Assembly (NCBI GenBank): GCA_965246715.1
Contig: CBDFFH010000043.1
Span: 1-64,000, forward strand
DNA length: 64,000 nt
Direction of reading: 5' to 3'
From: Chamaesiphon sp.
GTDB lineage: Bacteria; Cyanobacteriota; Cyanobacteriia; Cyanobacteriales; Chamaesiphonaceae
This document shows, piece by piece, positions 48,230-57,793 of this stretch (the stretch's first letter is position 1; each line of letters starts with the position of its first letter). A program made the translations under genes and the position numbers. The notes below the pieces were generated by a model. The model searched no databases and was not told the DNA's origin. It worked only from the letters and a program-made list of their open reading frames with translations.

Positions 48230-48868
48230 CTAAGTACCGGGCAATTCGCGCAGTCGATCGCTCAAATGCGATCGATCGGCTAGTACTTTTAAAAGTGGCC
48301 CATGTTGTCCGAACTCGACGATACTCACGCTACCGACTGGCATCCCCAACCGATAGCGAAATCGCCCCGCATCGATACCTAGCAGGCTGCACAACAAGAT
48401 CCGAATCGTTGCCTTATGGGAGACGATTAATACATTTCCGGTCGTGTGTTTCTGGCTGATTTCTTCGAGGACGGCAATCGCTCGCGTGGCAATTGTCATC
48501 GCGGACTCGCCATCAGTCGGGGCATTCCAGCCCGGATCTGCCAACCAGCGCAGATAGTCATCATGATATTCGCGATCGACTGTAGCGACATCTTTGCCTT
48601 CCCACGCTCCATAATTAATTTCCTGCAATCCATCCCGCAGTTGCAAATCGATATTTAACATGTTTGCTAACGGCTCGGCTGTCAAAATTGCCCGTTCTTT
48701 CGGACTACAATAAATCGCCTCCCAGTGAGTACTAGTATAAGCTTTAGCAAATACTTCGGCCATTTCTTCGCCGTCGGGAGTCAAGCCCGGATCGATCGAT
48801 CCGCAAAATAAATTACCGCGACTGGAGGCAGTTTGTCCGTGCCGAAGAAAGTAAATGTTTAGAGTCAT
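48230..48868 (-). CDS. Histidine phosphatase (phosphoglycerate mutase family)
   Basis: YFLRHGQT, LQEINYGAWEG and LIVSHKA motifs. Confidence 0.92.
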   Translation of the reverse strand: MTLNIYFLRHGQTASSRGNLFCGSIDPGLTPDGEEMAEVFAKAYTSTHWEAIYCSPKERAILTAEPLANMLNIDLQLRDGLQEINYGAWEGKDVATVDREYHDDYLRWLADPGWNAPTDGESAMTIATRAIAVLEEISQKHTTGNVLIVSHKATIRILLCSLLGIDAGRFRYRLGMPVGSVSIVEFGQHGPLLKVLADRSHLSDRLRELPGT

Positions 48869-49147
48869 AAGTTTAGATCGGTACGATCGGATAGATGATC
48901 CATAGGTCGATAATAAACTGATTCCAGTCACCAACCACCAGTCGATCGACTAACATCACAATCGATAGCTCGATCGGTCTACTCAATATTTCGCACTAAT
49001 GCACATGGCTTAGTTCCGCCAATACTGGGGTTGTTGGGTTTCGAGGTTCAACTCCAGATACTTTGACATGATGTCGATCGGGATTTGGATGGATTATAAT
49101 GGTTAACATGTATTTGACGACATACTATCCGCTAAATCTGGACTAAA

Positions 49148-49364
49148 TAACGTGAGTTCGGGATAAGGATTACCGATCTATGATTGCTAGCTTCGTTTCT
49201 GCACCGCCCTCAAATAAATTTGGGGCTAATAGCAAAAGTTCGTTTTAACGAACTAAGAAATTTGGTAGTTCTCTTAAGAGAACTTGAGCTATTAGCCCGA
49301 ACTTCTAGTTCAGGGCGGTGCTATAGCGGAGCAAATCAATTTTTATTATCCCGAACTGAGGTTA
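49148..49364. repeat. MITE-like element with TAACGTGAGTTCGGGATAA terminal inverted repeats (copy 1)
   Basis: Right end TTATCCCGAACTGAGGTTA. The same TIR family occurs at 52588 and 57520. Confidence 0.8.
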
Positions 49365-49794
49365 AATAAGTCTTGGAACGATGCCGCATTTGGACAATTT
49401 TTCACTATTCTTGGTCACATAGCTGCGAAAGCTGGAGCCATAGTAATCGCGAAAAATTTAAGAGGCATGGTATTTAATAATTCAATATTTTAATATAATC
49501 TCGAGCGATTCATGTGGAATTTGCGATCGCGATCGAACAGTTCAAATTCTTTTTACTACGGTTATAAATGTTCTGTGGGCAGTGCCCACCTTACTGACTG
49601 GAGGCAGTTCGTCCGTGTCGAAGAAAGTAAATGTCTAGAGTCATAAATTTAGATCGGTACGATCGAATAGACGATCCATACCATCCTAATCTCTCGAAAG
49701 ATAGATAAGCAATCTCGCTCTGGAGAGGGAAGCCTCTGAGCTTCGGCATTGTTAGGATTAGCGGATATACTACCATCGCACCCATACATCTGCT

Positions 49795-50310
49795 ATGAAT
49801 TATCTTGTCGCAGTACTACCGAACCAAAGCCAAGCCGAAGCCGCCTATTCAGCGTTAGCAGCCCAAGGTTTACCTCACGATCGAATCGATATTCTTGGCA
49901 ATGGCTATCAAAGTGCCGATGACTATGGACTGATTAATCCTAGAACAGAAGCCCGCAAAGAAATCAAGCGAGAATTATATTGGTTGATTGCATTTGGATT
50001 TGTGGCTGGTTTTACCTTTAATTTGCTGACAAGCATTGAAATCATACCCACGATCGCACCGATTGGCAACCATGTGCTGGGCGGAATCTTTGGTGCTGCT
50101 GCTGGCGGATTGGGTGCTTATCTGAGTGGTGGCGCGATCGGATTAACGATCGGTAGTGGTGATGCTTTGCCATACCGCAATCGGCTCGATGCTGGCAAAT
50201 ACCTAATTATTGTCAAGGGTTCGGACGAACTCACCCAGCAAGCGACGCGGACTTTGCGCCAGTTCGAGCTGGAGAATATTCAAGGATATACCGAACCCGT
50301 TGGTGCGTAA
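49795..50310 (+). CDS. Hypothetical membrane protein with two Gly-rich TM segments
   Basis: 171-aa ORF, MNYLVAVL...YRNRLDAGKYLIIVKG. Resembles general-stress/DUF1269-like proteins. Confidence 0.8.
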   Translation: MNYLVAVLPNQSQAEAAYSALAAQGLPHDRIDILGNGYQSADDYGLINPRTEARKEIKRELYWLIAFGFVAGFTFNLLTSIEIIPTIAPIGNHVLGGIFGAAAGGLGAYLSGGAIGLTIGSGDALPYRNRLDAGKYLIIVKGSDELTQQATRTLRQFELENIQGYTEPVGA

Positions 50311-50442
50311 TGACACTCGAGCTGCGGCCACTCTGACGTGGCATGGCTCGTCAGCGATGATGCCAAAACTCTGCTAAGATAATAGGTAGGGGCAAACTAC
50401 AAAACTAGTTTGCCCCTATGCTTCTTGGAATAATATATTACC

Positions 50443-50469
50443 AGGAGTGGGTCGAACCCCACTTTTTTT
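50443..50469 (+). promoter_or_regulatory. rimP leader hairpin
   Basis: AGGAGTGGG-TCGAA-CCCACTTTTTTT upstream of rimP matches the known rimP-leader terminator-like motif. Confidence 0.65.
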
Positions 50470-50651
50470 GTCGTTGTTTACCGCCGCACGCAAGCAAAAT
50501 CGCTATTCGATCGTGTGTCATCGAGTTCGAGTAATTTAAATTACGAATTCACCCATCGGTACAGCTCGATCGTGGATCGAGATCGCCACTAGTTACTGAC
50601 TTAGCTCGAATATTTATTTCTCAGTTAATAGCCCTTAGTCCCGCCACATTT

Positions 50652-51113
50652 ATGGCTCATCCCCTCATTCCCAAAATCACCGACATCGCTAACCCAATCG
50701 CCGCAGAATTGGGGTTAGAAGTAGTTGCAGTTGTCTTTCATACCAATCAACGTCCCCCAGCACTGCGGGTAGATATCCGCAATCCGACGGCGGACACTGG
50801 ATTACAAGACTGCGAACGCATGAGCCGCGCCTTAGAAGCAGCATTAGATGCCGATGAGATCGTGCCATTTGCCTATGCGCTGGAGGTTTCTAGTCCCGGT
50901 ACGAGTAGAGAGCTGACAACCGATCGTGAGTTTAATGCCTTCAGCGGCTTCGCAGTGCGAGTTACTACCGATCTACCTGTGGATGGCAAAACCGAATGGC
51001 AAGGCCAATTAATTCGGCGGGATGAAACCAAAATTTATCTGAGTCAGAAAGGCCGAACGGTCGAAATTCTCCGAGAATCAGTCGGTAAAGTTTATTTAGA
51101 CGACGCGCTCTAG
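50652..51113 (+). CDS. rimP: Ribosome maturation factor RimP
   Basis: DCERMSR..YALEVSSPG, directly upstream of nusA. Confidence 0.96.
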   Translation: MAHPLIPKITDIANPIAAELGLEVVAVVFHTNQRPPALRVDIRNPTADTGLQDCERMSRALEAALDADEIVPFAYALEVSSPGTSRELTTDREFNAFSGFAVRVTTDLPVDGKTEWQGQLIRRDETKIYLSQKGRTVEILRESVGKVYLDDAL

Positions 51114-51199
51114 ATTTTCGATCGATAGCAACCGATCGAGATATTTTTGCGGACAGCAGCAATCGTTCGTCGCATTTCCTCACTCTTCTTTAACTAAAT

Positions 51200-52498
51200 A
51201 TGCCAAAATCTAAACAACAGAAAAAAAGTAACGTTAGTTTGCCACAATTGCGAAACATGATTGAGGAAATCAGTCGCGATCGCAACCTCCCCAGCTCCTC
51301 GGTTCAAACCGCATTGCGGGAAGCACTACTCAAAGGGTACGAACGCTATCGGCGATCGCAACACCTAGATCAAATGCAGTTTGAAGAAAACTATTTTGAT
51401 AACTTCGATGTGTTTCTCAACCTAGATGAAGAAGCTTTTCAAGTAGTTGCCACCAAAACGATCGTTGAAGTTGTCAATAATGAAGATCGCGAAATCTCAA
51501 TTGAGGATGTCAAAAATAGTTTAGAACAAGAATCCTCCGAAGAACTCAGCGAGGAAAAGCTCAAGGAGCTGATTGGCGACTCGGTAATCTTGGATGTGAC
51601 TCCCGAACGTGAAGATTTTGGGCGGATGGCGGCGATTCAAGCCAAGCAAGTCCTCGCCCAAAAACTGCGCGACCAACAACGGAAAATCATTCAAGAAGAA
51701 TTCGAGCAATTTGAAGGCAGTGCCTTGAATGGTAAAGTCTTGCGATTTGAACGTCAGTCGGTAATTTTATCGGTAAATAGTAGTTTCGGCCAGCCAGATG
51801 TCGAAGCCGAACTCCCCCAAAAAGAGCAACTCCCGAACGATAACTATCGGATCGGCCGGACGTTTAAAGTCTTTCTGAAAAAAGTCCGTGAGGGATCGCA
51901 ACGCGGCCCGCAATTGCTAGTATCGCGGGGAGCCGCTGGTTTAGTCGTCGAGCTATTTGCCAACGAAGTCCCCGAAATCGAAGAAGAACTCGTGCGGATC
52001 GTCGCTGTGGCGCGTGAAGCCAGTCCACCTTCGCGTCATGTGGGGCCGCGTACTAAAATTGCCGTAGATACCTTAGAAGGCGATGTAGACCCTGTAGGTG
52101 CGTGTATCGGCGCGCGGGGTTCGCGGATTCAGGTCGTAGTCAATGAATTGCAAGGCGAAAAAATTGACGTGATCCGCTGGTCGCCAGATCCTTCGACCTA
52201 TATTTCAAATGCCCTCAGCCCAGCACGGATCGATGAAGTCAGATTGGTCGATCCCGATGGTCGTCAAGCGCACGTTTTGGTACCAGAGGATCAGTTAAGT
52301 TTAGCGATCGGTAAAGAAGGTCAAAATGTCCGACTAGCTGCGCGGTTGACTGGTTGGAAAATCGACATCAAGGATAGTGCTAAGTACGATCCCGTCGCGG
52401 CAATGGCCGAAGTCACATCCCAACGCCAAGCTGAATCTGATTATCACTCGCGCTATCGTCCCGATTATCAAGATGCTGGTTATGCGGATGAGGATTGA
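51200..52498 (+). CDS. nusA: Transcription termination/antitermination factor NusA
   Basis: FGRMAAIQAKQV, VDPVGACIGARGSRIQ and SLAIGKEGQNVRLAARLTGWKIDI. Confidence 0.98.
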   Translation: MPKSKQQKKSNVSLPQLRNMIEEISRDRNLPSSSVQTALREALLKGYERYRRSQHLDQMQFEENYFDNFDVFLNLDEEAFQVVATKTIVEVVNNEDREISIEDVKNSLEQESSEELSEEKLKELIGDSVILDVTPEREDFGRMAAIQAKQVLAQKLRDQQRKIIQEEFEQFEGSALNGKVLRFERQSVILSVNSSFGQPDVEAELPQKEQLPNDNYRIGRTFKVFLKKVREGSQRGPQLLVSRGAAGLVVELFANEVPEIEEELVRIVAVAREASPPSRHVGPRTKIAVDTLEGDVDPVGACIGARGSRIQVVVNELQGEKIDVIRWSPDPSTYISNALSPARIDEVRLVDPDGRQAHVLVPEDQLSLAIGKEGQNVRLAARLTGWKIDIKDSAKYDPVAAMAEVTSQRQAESDYHSRYRPDYQDAGYADED

Positions 52499-52587
52499 AG
52501 CAGTGGTTAGTCTCATAAGTAGGGTCAGCAATACCAGCCCTTTTAATGTGACAAAAGACTTTAGCTAATTAATAGTAGGCTAATAAG

Positions 52588-52934
52588 TAATGTCAGTTCG
52601 GGATAAGAATAGCCTGGAGACTGAAGTCTCGGCTCATGATGCAAAGTCCGCCTGTCTTGACGCGCTAAACCCTCGGGGAACCCGAGGAGCGCGCGTCGCT
52701 GTCTTGAAAAGGTGCTCTACTTGGGGAAGCCCCAAGACCGCACTTTTCGCTTCGCGGACTAATTATCTAGTCCGCGAAGGCAGGCTTTTGCCGCTCGCGG
52801 CAACAACCGGACTTTGCACTATTAGCACCGATTTGCGGCGCGCGCTCCTCGGCTTTGCCGAGGGTTTAGCGCGACAAGACACAATCGAGTGCGGTGCTTG
52901 AACGAAGCAAATATCCTTAACCCGAACTCACGTT
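52588..52934. repeat. MITE-like element, same TIR family (copy 2)
   Basis: TAATGTCAGTTCGGGATAAG...TTAACCCGAACTCACGTTA. REP-like GGTGGGCA(G/A)TGCCCACC palindromes lie nearby at ~52942 and ~53133, and also at ~49575. Confidence 0.8.
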
Positions 52935-53246
52935 AATTAGGGTGGGCAGTGCCCACCAGAGACTTTAGCTAATTAATAGAGGTATAGCGTTTCTAATCCT
53001 AGTGAAGGGCATTATTAATGGTTTTAGTGGCTAGTGAATGTACCTCATTTGATTGGTGACCGCTATATTTAATTAATTATTAAGTAGGTCGGCGTAAATA
53101 TTTACAACATCAGAAAATCCTGAAATATAGATGGTGGGCAATGCCCACCCTACACGTTATTTTATATTTAATTACTACTCTTTATTTCAGGGACTGTATC
53201 CAGAGTAAATTATCCCTAAATTCAGCAACGCCTAATCTTTTTTAAG

Positions 53247-53672
53247 ATGGATCGAATTAAGATTGCGATAACAATTCAGGAAATATCTGACTGTTTTCCA
53301 GTAATGCAAGAACTGAGATCGCAGCTCGAACTCAATTCATTTATTGCCCGAGTACAACGACAACAACAGCAATATAATTATCGACTCATCTATCTCCAAG
53401 TCGATCGAACGATCCAAGCGGTGGCTGGATTTAGAATTTCAGAAAACTTGGTATGGGGAAAATTTTTATATGTCGATGATTTGGTGACTAGCGCTAATGC
53501 TCGATCGCGAGGCTATGGATCCGAATTATTTAATTGGCTGGAGCACCATGCTCGGAGTCACGATTGCCAGCAATTAACGCTCGATTCTGGCGTACAAAGA
53601 TTTGCTGCCCATCGATTCTATCTAACCCAGCGGATGAATATTACTAGCCATCATTTTACACTTGAGCTATGA
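53247..53672 (+). CDS. GNAT family N-acetyltransferase
   Basis: LYVDDLVT..RSRGYG..LDSGVQRFAAHRFY. Confidence 0.92.
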   Translation: MDRIKIAITIQEISDCFPVMQELRSQLELNSFIARVQRQQQQYNYRLIYLQVDRTIQAVAGFRISENLVWGKFLYVDDLVTSANARSRGYGSELFNWLEHHARSHDCQQLTLDSGVQRFAAHRFYLTQRMNITSHHFTLEL

Positions 53673-53932
53673 CTAAAGACGATCGTCGGTGTGTGAGTTG
53701 TCGCAAAGTTGCGCCCAAAAGCGAGTTTTTACGGGTGGTAAAATGTCATCCAGCAAAAAATGTTGTTGTCGATTTAGGGGATAAGATCTTACAAGGACGC
53801 TCGGCTTATATTTGTCCGATCGATAGCTGTTTGCAATCGGCTCAAAAAAAGAACCGCCTAGGTAAGTCGCTCAAAGCTCAAGTTCGCGATGAGATCTATC
53901 AAAAATTAATCTCATTGGGCGCTCGCCAATAA
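53669..53932 (+). CDS. ylxR: YlxR/DUF448 family RNA-binding protein
   Basis: RRCVSCR..GRSAYIC motif. Confidence 0.92.
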   Translation: MTKDDRRCVSCRKVAPKSEFLRVVKCHPAKNVVVDLGDKILQGRSAYICPIDSCLQSAQKKNRLGKSLKAQVRDEIYQKLISLGARQ

Positions 53933-54093
53933 GGCTCTTCATTACCTACCACTATCAAAATTCCACTGTCAAAATTTGTGCTGATGCTAGTAGGGAAGAA
54001 TGGATTTTAGCGGAAATCTCGATTACAAACTATCTTTCTTGATTGCATCAACCCACCATCCAAATTCACGAGATCCACGATCGCAAACTTACC

Positions 54094-55107
54094 TCAGCAA
54101 TCTTTCAATCCATGCAAAGCTTTCTCGAGCGTATCTACTCCTGCACTAGGGAGAACGGATTGCTCGGTGAGTACTCGCTTCCAGTTCCGGCTTCCAGGCT
54201 GTCCGTGAAATAGCTGCAACATGTGGCGGGTAATACCATGCAGCTTCAAACCGCGACTCGTCCAAGTATCGACATAGGGCAGCATCGCTTTGACGATTTG
54301 ATGACGACTGAGAATGGGGGTGTTTTCGCCGTAGATTTCGCGATCGACTGTTGCCAATAGATAGGGATTATCATAAACAGCTCTCCCGATCATTACGGCA
54401 TCGACAGATTGAAGTTGCGCTCGAACTTGTTCTAAGTTAGTAAACCCGCCATTAATTTCGATCGACAGGTGGGGAAAGTCCCGTTTGAGCCGATGCACAT
54501 CCGCATACCGGAGGGGAGGTACCTCGCGATTTTCGCGCGGACTCAAGCCTTGCAACCAAGCCTTCCGTGCATGAACCGAGAACCGTCGACAATCTGTTTG
54601 CGAAACGATCGAGATAAATTTTACTAGGTCTTCATAACTATCGACTTCATCTACCCCAATCCGGTGCTTAACTGTCACGGGAATCCGCGTCGCAGCAGCC
54701 ATCGCCGCGATACATTCAGCGACGAGTTCGGGTTGGAGCATCAGACAGGCACCAAAGTTACCACTTTGGACGCGACTGCTAGGACAACCGACATTGAGGT
54801 TTAGCTCGTCATAACCAAAATCTTCCGCAATTTGGGCGCATTTAGCCAAATCCTGGGGATTGTCGCCGCCTACTTGTAATGCGAGCGGATGTTCGGCGCG
54901 ATCGAATCCCAGTAATTTCTCCTTATCACCATGCAAAATCGCCATACTCGTCACCATCTCGGTATACAGTAACGTCCGCTGACTGATTTGGCGGAGGAAA
55001 TATCGACAATGCCGATCGGTACGATCCATCATCGGGGCGACACTGAGCGGGTGTCGAGATTGGTTAGAGCGCGACGCGCTCGTTAATTCTGGAGTACCTG
55101 CTAGCAT
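54094..55107 (-). CDS. dusA: tRNA dihydrouridine(20/20a) synthase
   Basis: SVAPMMDRTDRHCRYF, NLNVGCPS and VHARKAWLQGLSPRENR. Confidence 0.96.
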   Translation of the reverse strand: MLAGTPELTSASRSNQSRHPLSVAPMMDRTDRHCRYFLRQISQRTLLYTEMVTSMAILHGDKEKLLGFDRAEHPLALQVGGDNPQDLAKCAQIAEDFGYDELNLNVGCPSSRVQSGNFGACLMLQPELVAECIAAMAAATRIPVTVKHRIGVDEVDSYEDLVKFISIVSQTDCRRFSVHARKAWLQGLSPRENREVPPLRYADVHRLKRDFPHLSIEINGGFTNLEQVRAQLQSVDAVMIGRAVYDNPYLLATVDREIYGENTPILSRHQIVKAMLPYVDTWTSRGLKLHGITRHMLQLFHGQPGSRNWKRVLTEQSVLPSAGVDTLEKALHGLKDC

Positions 55108-55492
55108 GAAAATTCCTGGCTAAATTTGGAGATCGATCGTCTGTGGTGAGTTGGTGCTGAGTGGTTGTAGTTGAGCGAGACTTACTTTCGTAAAGTTTTG
55201 AAGATATGCTAACTGCCAATTTAGCGATCGAACATCAGCCGATCGCAAGCGTTACCTTTTTTACGCGATCGGTTCTGTTACTGGCTCGGCGTTTTGGATA
55301 CTCGTTCTCCACAACTAACGCTTTCACAACCGATCCCCATCTGTCAAAGTAACGTAAAGTATTGTAAAGTAAATTAATAATAGATTTATATTTCCCGTGC
55401 GGGATGCTGGCTGAAAAATTCCAGGCAGATCGGTAATGGTGAATGCCGATTCTCGATGCTCGCCCGCTCGATTTCACCGACTATAGTAGCAA

Positions 55493-56305
55493 GTGCCTTA
55501 TTCAAAAATGATATTACGCCGCCTTATCGGATCTGCGATTGCCATCGTCTTGAGCTTGTCGCTATGGTCGATCGCCCCAGCCGCTCAAGCCTATGATAAC
55601 CCAGAACTTTTACCCACAGTTCAAACTCCGGTCATCGACCTTGCAAAAACTTTCACCGAGATCCAAGAACAAAAGTTAGTCAAGGACATCGACACCTTTG
55701 AAGCCGATACCGGGTGGAAGTTACGCATCCTCACTCAATACGATCGGACCCCCGGACGTGCGGTAAGTAAATATTGGGGACTAGATGAGAAAAGCGTCTT
55801 GGTAGTATCCGATTCGCGCGGTGGTAATACGCTCAACTTCCGGGTCGGCGATGATGTGTACAAACTCATGCCCAGAACCTTCTGGATCGAGCTGCAAACT
55901 AGATTTGGAAATTTATACTATGTCCGCGAAAATGGTGAGGATAACGCCATTCTCGACTCATTAGAAGCGGTCAAAACTTGCTTGGTTAGAGGCGGTTGTA
56001 ATGTCGTCCCAGGATTGCCCAAGGAACAATGGATTTTGACGCTCGTTACCTCGGTTCTTGGTGGGGTTATTTGTGGATTTGCTGGACAATATCGGAAACC
56101 AGAAGGTGGTTTTGCTTGGCAATGGGCGTTGATTTTTTCGCCACTATGGGGAATCCTGTTTTTTGCTTTTGGCATTGCTCCTGTCATCACGCGTACTTCT
56201 GAATGGGTACCCTTACTTAGAAATGTTGCGGGGTTTGTCATCGGACTATTAGTTGCCTATCTTACGCCCGTTCTCGGTCAATCCAACCCATCTGAGGAAT
56301 TGTAG
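55493..56305 (+). CDS. TPM-domain thylakoid/membrane protein
   Basis: Signal peptide, then TPVIDLA..GWKLRILTQ..FWIELQTRFGN and C-terminal TM helices. The true start may be the ATG at 55508. Confidence 0.85.
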   Translation: MPYSKMILRRLIGSAIAIVLSLSLWSIAPAAQAYDNPELLPTVQTPVIDLAKTFTEIQEQKLVKDIDTFEADTGWKLRILTQYDRTPGRAVSKYWGLDEKSVLVVSDSRGGNTLNFRVGDDVYKLMPRTFWIELQTRFGNLYYVRENGEDNAILDSLEAVKTCLVRGGCNVVPGLPKEQWILTLVTSVLGGVICGFAGQYRKPEGGFAWQWALIFSPLWGILFFAFGIAPVITRTSEWVPLLRNVAGFVIGLLVAYLTPVLGQSNPSEEL

Positions 56306-56530
56306 ACTAGGTATTCATAACTTATCGATCGCATCAAAGTTCGGGGTATCCCCCAGGTAAAACTTTTCCCCCAGGGCTGAAATAGTTTCACCTGGGGGAT
56401 TTTTGCGATCGAGTCCCAAATTAGCTTCGGGGAAGTCACCAAAGCTATTCTGTGTACATGGAAACAAACACAACCGAACCGGAGAGCCAACCATGCAGAC
56501 CTAACCATTAAATAAAACGCCAAACTTCAT

Positions 56531-56657
56531 GTAGCGACTAGCTTAATTGCAAAGTACCAATTTTATCCGTAAGGGACGTATGAATTAGGGTTATCGCTTT
56601 AACCGAATCCCCCCTGATTCGCCGGAGATGCGGGTGTAACCCCCGCGTCGCTACCCA
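56531..56657 (+). ncRNA. tRNA-shaped RNA 1 (Y-RNA/YrlA-like), extended anticodon arm, encoded CCA
   Basis: Acceptor GTAGCGAC/GTCGCTAC plus CCA, a D arm, and T arm GCGGG-TGTAACC-CCCGC. The insert contains TCC-GTAA-GGG-ACG and GAATTAGGGTTATCG. Confidence 0.8.
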
Positions 56658-56670
56658 AAATCAACAACAT

Positions 56671-56791
56671 AGGTGGGTCGCCAAGTAGTAAGGCAGCTAA
56701 TTTATCCTTATTCGCCAACTTCACCCGCAAGGGACGACAGAACTAGGGTTATCGGGTTTAGTCATCGCAGGTGCGAATCCTGCCCCACCTA
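56671..56791 (+). ncRNA. tRNA-shaped RNA 2 (Y-RNA/YrlA-like)
   Basis: Acceptor AGGTGGG/CCCACCT and T arm GCAGG-TGCGAAT-CCTGC. Insert CCTTATTCGCC..CCC-GCAA-GGG-ACG..GAACTAGGGTTATCG. Confidence 0.85.
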
Positions 56792-56800
56792 AAAATACCT

Positions 56801-56873
56801 GGGATTGTAACTCAATGGTGAGAGCATCCGCCTTTTAAGCGGTTAGTTGTGGGTTCAAATCCCGCCAATCCCA
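56801..56873 (+). tRNA. trnK: tRNA-Lys(UUU)
   Basis: Cloverleaf with anticodon loop CTTTTAA and T loop TTCAAAT. Confidence 0.9.
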
Positions 56874-56920
56874 TCCAATTCGCTTGAGAATTGGTTTATT
56901 TCCATCTAAAAACAACATCT

Positions 56921-56993
56921 GGGGTTGTAGCTCAGTGGTTAGAGCGTCCGTCTGTCTAACGGAAAGTCGCGGGTTCGATCCCCGTCAATCCCG
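56921..56993 (+). tRNA. trnD: tRNA-Asp(GUC)
   Basis: Cloverleaf with anticodon arm TCCGT-CTGTCTA-ACGGA. Confidence 0.9.
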
Positions 56994-57021
56994 TCCGACT
57001 CTCGTGAGAGTTGGCACATCT

Positions 57022-57148
57022 GGAACTGTAGCTCAGTGGATAGAGCACCAAAAAAACTCCTTTTTCGCCTTTTGCCCTTCGGGGACGCTAGAACGAGGAT
57101 TATCGTCTCCAAAACGGGTGGTCGTGGGTTCGAGTCCCACCAGTTTCG
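57022..57148 (+). ncRNA. tRNA-shaped RNA 3 (Y-RNA/YrlA-like)
   Basis: Acceptor GGAACTG/CAGTTTC, canonical D arm and T arm GTGGG-TTCGAGT-CCCAC. Insert CCTTTTTCGCC..CCC-TTCG-GGG-ACG..GAACGAGGATTATCG. Confidence 0.85.
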
Positions 57149-57180
57149 TGCGCTTTCAGCGCTATTTAAAAACCAAATAT

Positions 57181-57253
57181 TGCCTTGTGGTGTTAATTGG
57201 CAGCACGCACGATTGTTACTCGTAGAGTCTAGGTTCGATCCCTAGCAGGGCAG
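57181..57253 (+). tRNA. trnN: tRNA-Asn(GUU)
   Basis: Cloverleaf with anticodon loop TTGTTAC and a U1-A72 pair. Confidence 0.85.
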
Positions 57254-57315
57254 TTAGAGAAATTAGCACGTCTCTAAATATCGAAGTCAATATTCGATCG
57301 ACTTGTTGAAAACAT

Positions 57316-57387
57316 TGCCTTGTGGTGTAACTGGCAACACACACGATTTTGGATCGTGCATTCTAGGTTCGATCCCTAGCAAGGCAG
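57316..57387 (+). tRNA. trnQ: tRNA-Gln(UUG)
   Basis: Cloverleaf with anticodon arm CACGA-TTTTGGA-TCGTG. Confidence 0.88.
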
Positions 57388-57420
57388 TTAGAGAACTTAA
57401 ATATCTCTAAATACCCACTT

Positions 57421-57492
57421 GCTCTCATCGTCTAACGGTCAGGACACTGTGCTTTCTACACAGTAATGGGGGTTCAATTCCCCTTGAGAGTA
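57421..57492 (+). tRNA. trnE: tRNA-Glu(UUC)
   Basis: Cloverleaf with anticodon arm CTGTG-CTTTCTA-CACAG. Confidence 0.88.
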
Positions 57493-57519
57493 TTACTAAT
57501 TAGCTTGGTAATTAGTAAA

Positions 57520-57788
57520 TAACGTCAGTTCGGATTAAGGATCTCCCTTTTAGGCCATTCTTGGACTGGTGCTTAGTCTTAAGTTATTGGCGCTAAGGAA
57601 CCCGGCTCTGGGGGCGGCTTGTCTTGGCTCGCTGCTTGGTGCGCTTCCATGGACGGGAAACCCGTCCGGAGCGCATCCGCTTTTCGCGTCGGGAAACCCG
57701 ACGGGCGCGAGCCGCTCCCCCAGACCCCCCGTTTCTGAAACGAAGCCAGGAATCATCAATCGAAAATCCTTATCCCGACTTCACTTTA
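57520..57788. repeat. MITE-like element, same TIR family (copy 3), inserted in the tRNA array
   Basis: TAACGTCAGTTCGGATTAAGG...CCTTATCCCGACTTCACTTTA. Confidence 0.75.
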
Positions 57789-57793
57789 AATAA

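Noticed and set aside
48821..49680. Diversity-generating retroelement TR/VR pair
   Set aside because: The differences are not adenine-specific, the repeat covers a gene start rather than a C-terminus, and all nearby RTs are intron-encoded.
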